A stretch of DNA of 64,000 nucleotides, taken from positions 1-64,000 of IMG/VR virus record IMGVR_UViG_3300002220_003476; one strand, 5' to 3'. This stretch comes from a virus. Taxonomy: Duplodnaviria > Caudoviricetes. Shown piece after piece: positions 36,282-46,340 of the stretch (position 1 is its first letter; every line of letters begins with the position of its first letter). Position numbers and translations under genes: made by a program. Under the pieces are notes generated by a model, which did no database searches, was not told where the DNA came from, and saw only the letters and a program-made list of their open reading frames with translations.

Positions 36282-39200
36282 ATGTATAAATATAATGAAG
36301 TTTATGAGGAAAGTCTTAAATATTTTAATGGTAATGATTTAGCATCAAAAGTTTTTGTTGATAAATATGCTTTAAGAGATAATAATGATAATTTTCATGA
36401 ATTAACTCCAGACGATATGCATCGTAGACTGGCGAAAGAATTTGCCAGAATCGAAAAAAATAAATTCTTAGAACCAATGAGTGAAGATGATATTTATGAA
36501 TTATTTAAGGATTTCAAATATCTTGTTCCACAAGGTTCTCCTATGTTTGGTATTGGTAATCAATATTCAATAGTTTCACTTGGGAACTGTTTTGTGTTAC
36601 CGAATCCTACAGATTCATACCTAGGTATCATGAATACCGATACTCAAATTGTATCAATTTCATCAAAACGTGGTGGTGTTGGTTGGGATATTTCAAACTT
36701 AAGACCGGCAGGACTAAGCGTTAATAATGCAGCAAAATCAACAACTGGAGCAGTATCATTTATGCATAGATTCTCTAATTCTATTAGAGAAGCATGTCAA
36801 TGTATCGCTAGTGGAGAAAGAGTTCTTATTAAAACTGGATTATCAAAAATAGAAGATGTTAATATTGAAGATCAAATCTGGACCCATAAAGGTTGGAAAT
36901 CGGTAATAAATAAATTTGAGAACGGACAAAAAACTGTTTATAAAATTTTAACTAAAAGAGGGTTTTCAATTAGATGTTCAGAAGATCATGAATTCTATAA
37001 TGAAGATCTAGAATTAATACCAGTAAAAGATTTTGAATGCGGACAAAATATTGTTACATTAACCGGATCTACTACAACTAAAAGGTTAATTAAATTAAAT
37101 ACCGATGTTAAATACGAAAAAAAAAGTTCTAATAAATCTTCAAGACTTAATACAAATATCAAATATCCAGAATATCTAAATAAAGATTTAGCTTACTTAT
37201 TAGGATTCTCTTATGGAGACGGATTCTATAACATAGATAAATTTTCAGAAAAATATGGATTAGGTCTATCTTGTGGTAATGATTATCCAGAAATAAAAAC
37301 TAAACTAATAAATATTATAAAAAGTCAATTTAATTTTAATGCAACCATAAAGAACGGTGATGGTAATCTAGAAGTTATTTCTATCTATAGTAAGTTAATA
37401 TGTAAATTTTTAGAAGTTAATAATTTAACTAAAGAAAAATCTCTTAATATTAAGTTTCCTCAAAAAATATTTGAATCACAATCTGAAGTACAACTAGCAT
37501 TTATTTCTGGTTATTTAGACGCAGATGGATGTACATCTAACACTATTAAAAGTGGAATTAATTTTAACTCTATAAATAAAAAATTTTTAGAAGATTGTCA
37601 ATTTATTTTAATGAGCAATGGTATTAACTCAACATTAAGAGATAATACATGTCAATCTAGACCTAATCACTGGAATAATATTTATAGATTATCAATTAAT
37701 GGAGGATATGCACAAAGATTAAGTTTAGAACTTTTAAAAGATAGTATTAAAATTAGTAAAATAGAACAAATATCAGGAAAAGATTTTACTAAAACGCCTT
37801 ATACTGCTAAAAATTTAAATATTAAAAGAGGTAATCTTTCATATCCGGGTGATAATTTTATATCTTGTAATGTATTAGAATTATTAAAAAATGATAATAT
37901 AATAGATAAAAATCTACAACCTTTAGTTTTAGATGAGATAATTTCTATTGAAAACGATGGAATAGAATATACGTATGATCTAACAGTTGAAGACACTCAC
38001 ATGTTTTGGTGTGAAGGATTTTACACAAAAAATTCTGGTAGAAGAGGTGCTAGTCTCCAATCAATATCTGTTCACCATCCGGAAATACTAGAATTTATTA
38101 AAGTAAAACAAGATCTTACTAAAATAACTGGTTCTAATATCTCTGTTCAGTTTACTGATGAATTTATGAATGCTTTAGTTAATGAACAAACATATGAACA
38201 AAGATGGCCAATCGATTCTAACAATCCAAAAATTCAAGAATATGTTAATTCTAAAAATATATGGAAGGAATTTATTCATTCAGCTTGGTTGATGGCTGAA
38301 CCCGGTTGTATGTTTATTGATAAAGTTCATAAAGAAAGTACAGGAGTACCATATGGCTATAGGGAAAGTTCAAGTAATCCATGCGGCGAACAATATTTAC
38401 CCCCTTTTGCTTCTTGTCGTCTATTAGTAATTAATTTATATTCTTATATTAAAAATAAATTTACAGATAATTCTGAATTTGATTGGGGTTTATTTGATAA
38501 ACATGTACAAATACTTCAAAGACTTGGTGACAATTTAGTTGATCTAGAAATTGAAGCAATAGATCGTATAATTTATAAGATGGAATCTGATCCAGAATCA
38601 GAAGAGATTAAAAAACCTGGATTAGATTTATGGAAAAATGTACGCAAAACAGCCTTAGAAGATCGTAGAACAGGTTGTGGATTTACTGGTTTAGCTGATT
38701 GTTTAGCAGCATTAAATATCCAATATGGATCACAAGAATCAATTCATTTTTGTGAAAAAATGCAACAACAATTTAAGTGGTCTGCATATGAATCATCTGT
38801 AGATATGGCTAAAGAATTAGGACCTTTTCCTTTATATGATAAAAATTTAGATATCAAATCTGAATTTATACAACGTATACAGAAAGATAATTCTGAATTA
38901 TACAAAAAAATGATAAAATATGGCCGTAGAAATATGGTTTTATTAACTGTTGCTCCGACTGGTAGCGTTTCTTGTTTAACTAGAACGTCTTCTGGACTAG
39001 AACCTGTTTTTATGACTCATTATATGAGAAGAAAAAAGGGTAACCCTGGAGATAAAGATTTTAGATCTGATTTTGTTGATAACAACGGTGATCATTGGAT
39101 GCATTTTGATGTATATCATCAAGGCGTATTAGACTGGATGGATTGTACTGGAGAAAAAGATATTGCAGCAAGTCCATATTTTATGGCAACAGCGAATGAG

Positions 39201-39905
39201 ATAAATTGGATCAATAGAGTTAAAATGCAAGCAGCTTTACAGAGACATATAGATAACTCTATTTCTAGTACCGTAAACCTTCCTTCAGATACAACTGAAG
39301 AAAAAGTTGGAGAAATTTATTTAACAGCTTGGAAAGAAGGTTTAAAAGGTATAACAGTATATAGAGACGGTTGTAGAACTGGAGTTTTAATAAATAAAAC
39401 AGAAGAAAAACAACCAGAAAGTAGACCAGATATTTTAGAGTGCGATGTTCATAAAATACCAAGTAAAGATGGTATATATTTTGTACTTGTAGGCTTATTA
39501 AATGGTAAGCCGTACGAGATATTCGGCGGCAAAGGTGTTGATTTAGACTCTTCTGTTCATAAAGGAAAAATTATTAAAGTAAAAAGACCAAAGGGTTATA
39601 AAGCTATATTAGAAGATGAAACAGAATTAAGTCCACTGTCCGCTTTCTGCTCCACTGAAGAAGAAGCTTTAATGAGAATGGCTTCAATAGCTATACGTAG
39701 TTGTACTCCAATAGAAAATATAGTTGATCAACTTACTAAAGCTAAAGGTGATATGTATACATTTGCTCGGGCTGTAGCTAAAGCTTTAAAGAAATATATT
39801 AAAGATGGAACAAAATCAACACAAAAATGTACATGTGGAGCAAATTTAGTATATTCTGAAGGTTGTGTTTCTTGTCTTAGTTGTGGAGCATCAAAATGCG
39901 GATAA
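36282..39905 (+). CDS. nrdJ: class II (B12-dependent) ribonucleotide reductase with intein
   Basis: GNCF, GRRGA, NPCGEQ, APTGS, TSSGLEP, G.TVYRDG; C-terminal Zn ribbon; no nrdB nearby. Confidence 0.85.
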   Translation: MYKYNEVYEESLKYFNGNDLASKVFVDKYALRDNNDNFHELTPDDMHRRLAKEFARIEKNKFLEPMSEDDIYELFKDFKYLVPQGSPMFGIGNQYSIVSLGNCFVLPNPTDSYLGIMNTDTQIVSISSKRGGVGWDISNLRPAGLSVNNAAKSTTGAVSFMHRFSNSIREACQCIASGERVLIKTGLSKIEDVNIEDQIWTHKGWKSVINKFENGQKTVYKILTKRGFSIRCSEDHEFYNEDLELIPVKDFECGQNIVTLTGSTTTKRLIKLNTDVKYEKKSSNKSSRLNTNIKYPEYLNKDLAYLLGFSYGDGFYNIDKFSEKYGLGLSCGNDYPEIKTKLINIIKSQFNFNATIKNGDGNLEVISIYSKLICKFLEVNNLTKEKSLNIKFPQKIFESQSEVQLAFISGYLDADGCTSNTIKSGINFNSINKKFLEDCQFILMSNGINSTLRDNTCQSRPNHWNNIYRLSINGGYAQRLSLELLKDSIKISKIEQISGKDFTKTPYTAKNLNIKRGNLSYPGDNFISCNVLELLKNDNIIDKNLQPLVLDEIISIENDGIEYTYDLTVEDTHMFWCEGFYTKNSGRRGASLQSISVHHPEILEFIKVKQDLTKITGSNISVQFTDEFMNALVNEQTYEQRWPIDSNNPKIQEYVNSKNIWKEFIHSAWLMAEPGCMFIDKVHKESTGVPYGYRESSSNPCGEQYLPPFASCRLLVINLYSYIKNKFTDNSEFDWGLFDKHVQILQRLGDNLVDLEIEAIDRIIYKMESDPESEEIKKPGLDLWKNVRKTALEDRRTGCGFTGLADCLAALNIQYGSQESIHFCEKMQQQFKWSAYESSVDMAKELGPFPLYDKNLDIKSEFIQRIQKDNSELYKKMIKYGRRNMVLLTVAPTGSVSCLTRTSSGLEPVFMTHYMRRKKGNPGDKDFRSDFVDNNGDHWMHFDVYHQGVLDWMDCTGEKDIAASPYFMATANEINWINRVKMQAALQRHIDNSISSTVNLPSDTTEEKVGEIYLTAWKEGLKGITVYRDGCRTGVLINKTEEKQPESRPDILECDVHKIPSKDGIYFVLVGLLNGKPYEIFGGKGVDLDSSVHKGKIIKVKRPKGYKAILEDETELSPLSAFCSTEEEALMRMASIAIRSCTPIENIVDQLTKAKGDMYTFARAVAKALKKYIKDGTKSTQKCTCGANLVYSEGCVSCLSCGASKCG
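36801..38033 (+). mobile_element. LAGLIDADG intein in NrdJ (411 aa)
   Basis: Q|CIASGERV ... LLGFSYGDG ... SGYLDADG ... FYTKN|SGRRGA. Confidence 0.92.
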
Positions 39906-40192
39906 AATATAAAACTTGGACACCATTAATTTTAGTACTAACAATTACAGGACTATGGTTATATGATCTTTTCCCTTTCATGAATGATCCATGTTATACA
40001 ATAAGTGGTGTTTTAAATTCATATTTTTACTACACAGCACATCCACTAATGACATTTTTAGTTGGCTTTGCTTTTGGTATTATATTAAACCATCTATTAG
40101 GATGGGGATCAATTGATCCGAAACAATTAAAACAAATGTTAACCAAGGCTAATGAAGAAGGAAAAATACAGGATATAATAAATAAACTATGA
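39896..40192 (+). CDS. small membrane protein
   Basis: Two hydrophobic segments. Confidence 0.55.
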   Translation: MRIKYKTWTPLILVLTITGLWLYDLFPFMNDPCYTISGVLNSYFYYTAHPLMTFLVGFAFGIILNHLLGWGSIDPKQLKQMLTKANEEGKIQDIINKL

Positions 40193-41130
40193 ACAAAGCA
40201 ATCATTCAATCTTATAATTCTTCTATGTCTGAAGTTTCAGCACTTACTCTTGAAAATCACCAAAGGTATGCTAAGTTGTATAACTGGGATTTTATAAGAT
40301 ATTATTCGGAAGATCCAGATTATAACATGCATACCAAGTTCAATGACATTGTTAGACTTGGAAAAGAATATGATCTAGTATGGGGCTTGGACATAGATGT
40401 AGTTATTAGAGACTATAGTATAGACCTGTTAGACTTGATTGATGAAAATTATGCATTAAATATATGTTCCTCTCATCCATTTCCGACGATGAGACAGCAA
40501 GTAAATGCCGGTTCATTTGTTTATAATAAGCAGTGTAATTGGGATTATGTCAGAAAATACCCCGCCCCTAATGACCAAGGATCATTTTGGCAAGCTTTAG
40601 AGAAAGAAGACGACTTTTATAATAATACTAGAGTTCATCAATATGATAAGTTCAACCATGATGGAGATTTTTTGAAACACTTCTGCTATGATTGCAATAA
40701 ATCTGAAGAGATTAAGAAAGAACTAGAAATTAATAATGCCCGCTCCTTTTTCTCTTCAATAGTAAAAAATAAACAACGGTATGCATGGTTGTATGATACT
40801 ATAAAAGCAGATTCTGTATTGGAAGTTGGTTCAAACCCAATGTCTCTTAAAAAATTAAAGTTGTTTTTTGGAGAAAATGTAGAAGGCCTTGATTTATACC
40901 AAGATGTGTGTATACGAGGTTGTGCAAGTTCTATTAAATTAGATAAAAAATATGATCTTATTATAGATGATTGCTTCAAAGATGAAAGACAAATTATAAC
41001 ATACCTTAATTTATCTAGAAATTGTAATCAATATATAGTAGAAGGTTTATCTTTTAAAGATTGTTTTGATTTCTTTAAAGAAGAAGGTTTTTTAATTAAA
41101 GGTGATATAGGATATAAATATGTTGGTTAA
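40189..41130 (+). CDS. GT34-like glycosyltransferase fused to a methyltransferase-like domain
   Basis: LDID (DxD), NAGSF, DQ; C-domain VLEVGS...GLDL...YDLIIDD. Confidence 0.6.
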   Translation: MNKAIIQSYNSSMSEVSALTLENHQRYAKLYNWDFIRYYSEDPDYNMHTKFNDIVRLGKEYDLVWGLDIDVVIRDYSIDLLDLIDENYALNICSSHPFPTMRQQVNAGSFVYNKQCNWDYVRKYPAPNDQGSFWQALEKEDDFYNNTRVHQYDKFNHDGDFLKHFCYDCNKSEEIKKELEINNARSFFSSIVKNKQRYAWLYDTIKADSVLEVGSNPMSLKKLKLFFGENVEGLDLYQDVCIRGCASSIKLDKKYDLIIDDCFKDERQIITYLNLSRNCNQYIVEGLSFKDCFDFFKEEGFLIKGDIGYKYVG

Positions 41131-41533
41131 AGCTTTAACAGATACAGCAACAATACCATTTAGAGCAAATGACGGAGATGCTGGATATGATCTATTTGCA
41201 GATGATAATTATCAGATTCCACCGGGTGAAATTCAAAAAATTACCACTGGAATAGCTTTTAAAATCCCAGATGGGTATGTTGGAGTAATAAAAGATAGGA
41301 GTTCATATGGATCAAAAGGTTTAAATATAGTAGCAGGAGTAATAGATCAAACTTATACCGGTGAATGTATAGTATGTCTACAAAATAATACAGACTCTTA
41401 TGTAAATATAAATACTGGGGATAAAATAGCACAAATGATAGTTCTACCATGTTATCAAAAAAACTTGATTGAGGTAGGAGAACTACCAACAACTAATCGT
41501 GGAGATAAAGGCTTTGGAAGCAGTGGTCTATGA
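41120..41533 (+). CDS. dut: dUTPase (trimeric)
   Basis: AGYDL, DRSS, GVIDQTYTGE, RGDKGFGSSG. Confidence 0.95.
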   Translation: MLVKALTDTATIPFRANDGDAGYDLFADDNYQIPPGEIQKITTGIAFKIPDGYVGVIKDRSSYGSKGLNIVAGVIDQTYTGECIVCLQNNTDSYVNINTGDKIAQMIVLPCYQKNLIEVGELPTTNRGDKGFGSSGL

Positions 41534-42210
41534 GAAGAAGAAAAAACACAAAACAAAATAGTCAAATGAATTATAGTTTTCCTATTGAAACATTAAAAGT
41601 AAATTTTAAACCTAAAACAATCAATCAAAGTAAATATTTAAAATGTATTGACGAAAATACAATAACACTATGTCATGGTTGTCCAGGAACAGGAAAATCC
41701 TTTTTAGCTACAGCTTCTGCTTTATTTTATTTGAAACATAAAAAAGTTGATAAGATCTTATTTACAAGACCTATGGTCCAATGTGGAAAAGGTTTAGGCT
41801 TTTTAAAAGGTGATCTTAATGAAAAATTTATGCCTTACGTTAAACCTGTTATGGATGAGATGATTAATTTAGTTGGTAATAATACAGCACATTTTCTCAT
41901 TCAAGAAGGTTATGTGGAAATAGCTCCTTTAGAATTAATGAGAGGAATGAATTATCACAATACTTTCATGATTCTTGATGAGTGTCAGAATACTGATATT
42001 GGTCAAATGAAAATGTTTCTTACTCGTATTGGACAAAATTCAAAATGTGTATTAACGGGGGATACAAATCAAACAGATCTTATATCTTGTGATTATTTGA
42101 AAGTAATTCAAAAACTTAATGGCGTTGAAGATATAGATCATTGTGAATTATTTGAAGATGATATCATTAGAAATAAATTAATCAAAGATATTATCTTGAG
42201 GTTACCATAA
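41530..42210 (+). CDS. phoH: PhoH family ATPase
   Basis: GCPGTGKS, LGFLKGDL.EK, MRG, DECQN, FLTRIG, GD..Q.D. Confidence 0.95.
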   Translation: MRRRKNTKQNSQMNYSFPIETLKVNFKPKTINQSKYLKCIDENTITLCHGCPGTGKSFLATASALFYLKHKKVDKILFTRPMVQCGKGLGFLKGDLNEKFMPYVKPVMDEMINLVGNNTAHFLIQEGYVEIAPLELMRGMNYHNTFMILDECQNTDIGQMKMFLTRIGQNSKCVLTGDTNQTDLISCDYLKVIQKLNGVEDIDHCELFEDDIIRNKLIKDIILRLP

Positions 42211-42614
42211 TGCCTATATATGTATATCACTGCAAAGAATGTAATTGCGAGTTCGAACTATTTCAGTCTATTAAAGCAGAACCAATAACTGAATGTGAAT
42301 TGGGGCACTCAGTGTATAGAGTAATTCAACCAGTGTTAGGTTTTGTAGACCAAGGTATAACTACTGTTGGAAGACTAGCTGAAGTAAATACAAAAAAAAT
42401 GGGTGAATCCGCCTTACTTAAACAAGAGCAACTTAAAAAAGAACAAAACGAATCTCGCGAAAAAGGCAGACAACTTCTAGAAGCAAAAACTGGCAAAAAG
42501 ATATTAAGACCATCAGAATCTTCAGATATTCCAGATTTACCAAGTCATATCAAAACTGCTTTAAAATCAGGAGACTCAAAAAGAGTGGAGAAATATTTAT
42601 ATGAAGGCACATAA
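42210..42614 (+). CDS. FmdB-like zinc ribbon protein
   Basis: MPIYVYHCKECNCEFELFQSI. Confidence 0.75.
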   Translation: MPIYVYHCKECNCEFELFQSIKAEPITECELGHSVYRVIQPVLGFVDQGITTVGRLAEVNTKKMGESALLKQEQLKKEQNESREKGRQLLEAKTGKKILRPSESSDIPDLPSHIKTALKSGDSKRVEKYLYEGT

Positions 42615-42801
42615 AGCTGTGATGCTAATAAATTTAGAAGTTCACGAAATAGATAATGGTGAATGTTCTGGAAAGATTGTGTCAAAAGAGGATCTAGAAA
42701 ATAATCATCTAAAATCTAAAATGATATTAACTATTGAAGGTTTTGATAAAAATGATTGCTTAACTAAAGTTTATAGGAGATTAAATGGAATTGTGGAATA
42801 A
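42601..42801 (+). CDS. hypothetical protein
   Basis: ORF. Confidence 0.5.
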   Translation: MKAHKAVMLINLEVHEIDNGECSGKIVSKEDLENNHLKSKMILTIEGFDKNDCLTKVYRRLNGIVE

Positions 42802-43030
42802 CGTAGGCTCAACTACAGATAATGAAAAAGATGCATGGTGTAAAAAAAGTGGAAACGCTTATTATGTTAGAATGTATAATAAAAGAATGGTTAGTCCACA
42901 TGTTGTTATACCAAAATCCAACTTAAAATGGGAAAAGGTTAATTCACAAACATATTACACATATCTTAGGTATCTAAGAACATCAAACGAAAGACATTTA
43001 AATAACGCTAACAGGAAAATGGAACAATGA
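42785..43030 (+). CDS. hypothetical protein
   Basis: ORF. Confidence 0.5.
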   Translation: MELWNNVGSTTDNEKDAWCKKSGNAYYVRMYNKRMVSPHVVIPKSNLKWEKVNSQTYYTYLRYLRTSNERHLNNANRKMEQ

Positions 43031-43329
43031 AAAAGGGTAGATTAAGTAAAGAAGAAAAAGAATATATTATTTCTAATAGACGACAACCAATAGAACAGCT
43101 TGCTAAAACACTAGATAGATCAGTTGAATCAATTAATTCTGTGTTAAATGGATTAAGTACAGTTACAAAAACAATTGATGAAAAAAAGAAAAATACATTA
43201 CTAGATTTAATGCCTAAGAAAAAGGGCGCAATAGCTATGTCTGAAGCTATGTCTCATCATACAGATGATATTAAACCAAAGAAACGCTTTGATCCAAGTA
43301 TTATTTTTAAACCACTAGGTGATAAATAA
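43027..43329 (+). CDS. hypothetical protein, possible HTH N-terminus
   Basis: LSKEEKEYI...IEQLAKTLDRS. Confidence 0.5.
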   Translation: MKKGRLSKEEKEYIISNRRQPIEQLAKTLDRSVESINSVLNGLSTVTKTIDEKKKNTLLDLMPKKKGAIAMSEAMSHHTDDIKPKKRFDPSIIFKPLGDK

Positions 43330-43332
43330 CTA

Positions 43333-43779
43333 ATGAGAAATTCTGTCGACGATGATTATATTGAAAGTAATACTTTGTGGATAGCATTTTTATCAAACGG
43401 TGAAATTGTTTACCAAGATGATAAATGTGTAGACAATGAAGATAGTTTTACTCCATTAAAAATATACTGTGAACAAAATAATCTATTTATCGATAAATTT
43501 CAAATCAGATTTAGATCTCATATAGAAACAGTATTTGAAAACAATGATGAATGTCAAGGCTTCTTTTTTAGAAAATCTATAATGGCCCCCTTTTCTTCTG
43601 ATAAAAATTTTCACAGATATATTATCGGAAAAGTAATAGATAATATAATTTATACAGAAAAATGGTCTACGCCAGAAATAATAATGGTAGAACAAGAAAT
43701 TAGATCGATTACTGAATCTATGACAGAAAGATCAATAATATGGAAGCCAAGTACACAAATAAAGCAGGATCCAAAGTAA
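43333..43779 (+). CDS. hypothetical protein
   Basis: ORF. Confidence 0.55.
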   Translation: MRNSVDDDYIESNTLWIAFLSNGEIVYQDDKCVDNEDSFTPLKIYCEQNNLFIDKFQIRFRSHIETVFENNDECQGFFFRKSIMAPFSSDKNFHRYIIGKVIDNIIYTEKWSTPEIIMVEQEIRSITESMTERSIIWKPSTQIKQDPK

Positions 43780-44150
43780 CAGCAGCACAGTATATAAGCG
43801 AAATACTAATTATTAGAGAGGCAGATAATCGTAAGGTTATCTTGCCTCATCGCTTTTGGATGTTAGATGAGTATAAGAAAAAATATCAAATTAAAATTAT
43901 ACAAGTTTCTAAATATTTAAAAACATATAATCCAGATGATGTTGTTATGGCACTTATTTCTGATGAAGGAAAAAGAATATACAGTATTAAATATCCTGGA
44001 TTGGAAAGTTTAATAAAAAAGCAAGAAAAAGTTAGATCAGATTGGAAAAAAAAACCGATTAAAGAGTATACTATAAGTGAAGGAGAACACAGAGGGTCTC
44101 ACAAAAATAAAAAAGATATTTTAAGTAAACTAAGAGAGCTAGATGGCTAA
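43740..44150 (+). CDS. hypothetical protein
   Basis: ORF. Confidence 0.55.
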   Translation: MEAKYTNKAGSKVTAAQYISEILIIREADNRKVILPHRFWMLDEYKKKYQIKIIQVSKYLKTYNPDDVVMALISDEGKRIYSIKYPGLESLIKKQEKVRSDWKKKPIKEYTISEGEHRGSHKNKKDILSKLRELDG

Positions 44151-45168
44151 AAAAGCAAAAGCAGAAAAAGTAGAAAATAATTCTAATCTAATATTTGCTG
44201 ATACATTCTTATCTAAACCAGTTAGAATATTAAGAGTTAGTCCAGCTTTTGATATTGGATTAGGTGGTGGAATACCAGAAGGTTCTTGGGTTGTTCTAAC
44301 AGGGCGACCCAAATTTGGAAAATCTAGTGCCGCAATGCATATGATTTCTCAATATTTAACTCAATTTCCAGAAGGTAAAGCTTTATATGTTGATGTTGAA
44401 ACCAGATTAAAAGAGATCAATTTAAGAAATAGATTTCTTGATCCTACAAGATTACAAATAATGAGATCAACTCAGGATGATATTATACATGCTGAAGATT
44501 TTCTTGAGAGAACAGAAACTTACATCAAAGAAAATCCAAATTGTATTGTTGTAATAGATTCGGTTTCTTCCTTATGTTCAACAACAGAATATATTGATTC
44601 CGTTAAAGGTAATACAAGATCACTTGGTCCAAAATTAATGGCCAATTTTACCAGAAAGATGGCACCTCTTGTACCTGTTCAAAATGCAATTATAATCTTA
44701 ATAACACATCAAATAGCAAATACATCTGGATATGGATCACCTTTTAGTGAAGACGGTGGCAATAAAATCCAATATCAATCAGACATTAAGATGAAGTGTA
44801 AAACTAAAACTGAGTGGATAGAAGATGAAAGAAATATTGGACAACAAAGTAATTGGCTGGTTGAATGGTCTGCTTTAGGTCCACCGGGAATGGAAGTATC
44901 TTCATATTTTAGATATAATTATGGATTAGATGCTGGAATGGAGTTGGCAAACTTGGGATTAGATTTTGGTTTGATAACTAAGAGTGGAGCATGGTATCAA
45001 ATTACATGTTTATTACTATCAGAAGATCAAGAAATTCAAGACATGATTGATCCGAAGAAGAAAGAAAAATCTTTCACATTTCAAGGTTTGCAAAAAGTTG
45101 GAGATTTTATTAACTCTAACGACAAAGTACAAAAGTTCATAATGAAAGAATTAGTTTCGATGCTATGA
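44143..45168 (+). CDS. RecA/UvsX-like recombinase
   Basis: Walker A GRPKFGKS, VIDSVS, GG..I.Y...I, I.K.GAWY. Confidence 0.9.
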   Translation: MAKKAKAEKVENNSNLIFADTFLSKPVRILRVSPAFDIGLGGGIPEGSWVVLTGRPKFGKSSAAMHMISQYLTQFPEGKALYVDVETRLKEINLRNRFLDPTRLQIMRSTQDDIIHAEDFLERTETYIKENPNCIVVIDSVSSLCSTTEYIDSVKGNTRSLGPKLMANFTRKMAPLVPVQNAIIILITHQIANTSGYGSPFSEDGGNKIQYQSDIKMKCKTKTEWIEDERNIGQQSNWLVEWSALGPPGMEVSSYFRYNYGLDAGMELANLGLDFGLITKSGAWYQITCLLLSEDQEIQDMIDPKKKEKSFTFQGLQKVGDFINSNDKVQKFIMKELVSML

Positions 45169-45575
45169 AATTTAAATATAATGGAAAAATTTATAATGTT
45201 GATATAACAAAATATACTAGAGCTAGAAGCAATACTAGTAATCTTCATGAAAGAGTCAGAGATATACTAAAAGAATTATATCCACTAGATCAAATTCTAG
45301 AAGAGTTTACTTTACCTGGATTAAAACCTGCTTTATATGCAGATTTTTTTATACCTTCTCAAAAACTTGCTGTTGAAGCACATGGAAAGCAACACGTAAG
45401 TTATAGTAAATTCTTCTTTAAAACTAAACAAAAATTCTATAAAGCTCAACGTAATGATGCTCAAAAAATTGAATGGTTTCATGAAAATAATATTACTTTA
45501 ATTGGTTTATACTACGATGAGTCACCAGAATTATGGAAACACAAAATCTTACACAGAGTTACTAAAAGACTTTGA
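45165..45575 (+). CDS. DUF559/Vsr-like endonuclease
   Basis: EEF...LYADFFIP...AVEAHGKQH...RND..K. Confidence 0.75.
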   Translation: MKFKYNGKIYNVDITKYTRARSNTSNLHERVRDILKELYPLDQILEEFTLPGLKPALYADFFIPSQKLAVEAHGKQHVSYSKFFFKTKQKFYKAQRNDAQKIEWFHENNITLIGLYYDESPELWKHKILHRVTKRL

Positions 45576-46008
45576 AAAAACTTTAAATAGATATGCTTCT
45601 GATATTGGTACAGATAAAATTATATATAATACAGAAGTTGAACAAGTTTTATTAATGGATTTTAAACAATTAAAAAATCTAGATAAAACAGGAATGGAAG
45701 AATTTGCATATTTATTAGCTCAGTATGCTGCTGTATTAACTAAAGAAACAAATAGAAATACAGCTATACTAAAATGGGCAGAAGACAAGTTAAATAAATT
45801 AATATCTCATAATTATGATAAATATGTTGGAGATAAAATGATGAAATATGAAATTGTAAAATATATGATTGTAAACAATGATTCTGCTGCCACTCAACTA
45901 AATGAGATAATTAAAGACGCTGAATCTAGATTAACTGAATTACAAGATATGTCTAGTAAGATATATTATATGTCAACCCTATTAAGAGATTTAGGTAGAA
46001 ATAGATGA
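45517..46008 (+). CDS. hypothetical helical protein
   Basis: ORF. Confidence 0.55.
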   Translation: MSHQNYGNTKSYTELLKDFEKTLNRYASDIGTDKIIYNTEVEQVLLMDFKQLKNLDKTGMEEFAYLLAQYAAVLTKETNRNTAILKWAEDKLNKLISHNYDKYVGDKMMKYEIVKYMIVNNDSAATQLNEIIKDAESRLTELQDMSSKIYYMSTLLRDLGRNR

Positions 46009-46340
46009 ATAAGAAAATTATTATAAAAAGAAAGCAAATTAAACAACAGTCACAAGAAGATAAGTCTTCTATTAAGCCTATAAAATCAGAAAAAAAATCT
46101 GGAGTACCTATCAAAACTGGACCAAGAAAGAATCTGTTTATAGATCCTGGGGTAGTTCCACATGATAATAGTTTGATATATGACAAATTACCCACAACAA
46201 GAAACAGAGAAGATAAACCAAAAGAAACTCCATGCACTATATGTGGAAAAAAGTTTATCATAAGTCCAATATATATCAGAGATGGTCTTTATACATGTGA
46301 TTCATGCTTAATTACTAATAGAGGAGCAATGCGTGGCTAA
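46005..46340 (+). CDS. hypothetical protein with C-terminal zinc ribbon
   Basis: CTICG...CDSC. Confidence 0.55.
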   Translation: MNKKIIIKRKQIKQQSQEDKSSIKPIKSEKKSGVPIKTGPRKNLFIDPGVVPHDNSLIYDKLPTTRNREDKPKETPCTICGKKFIISPIYIRDGLYTCDSCLITNRGAMRG

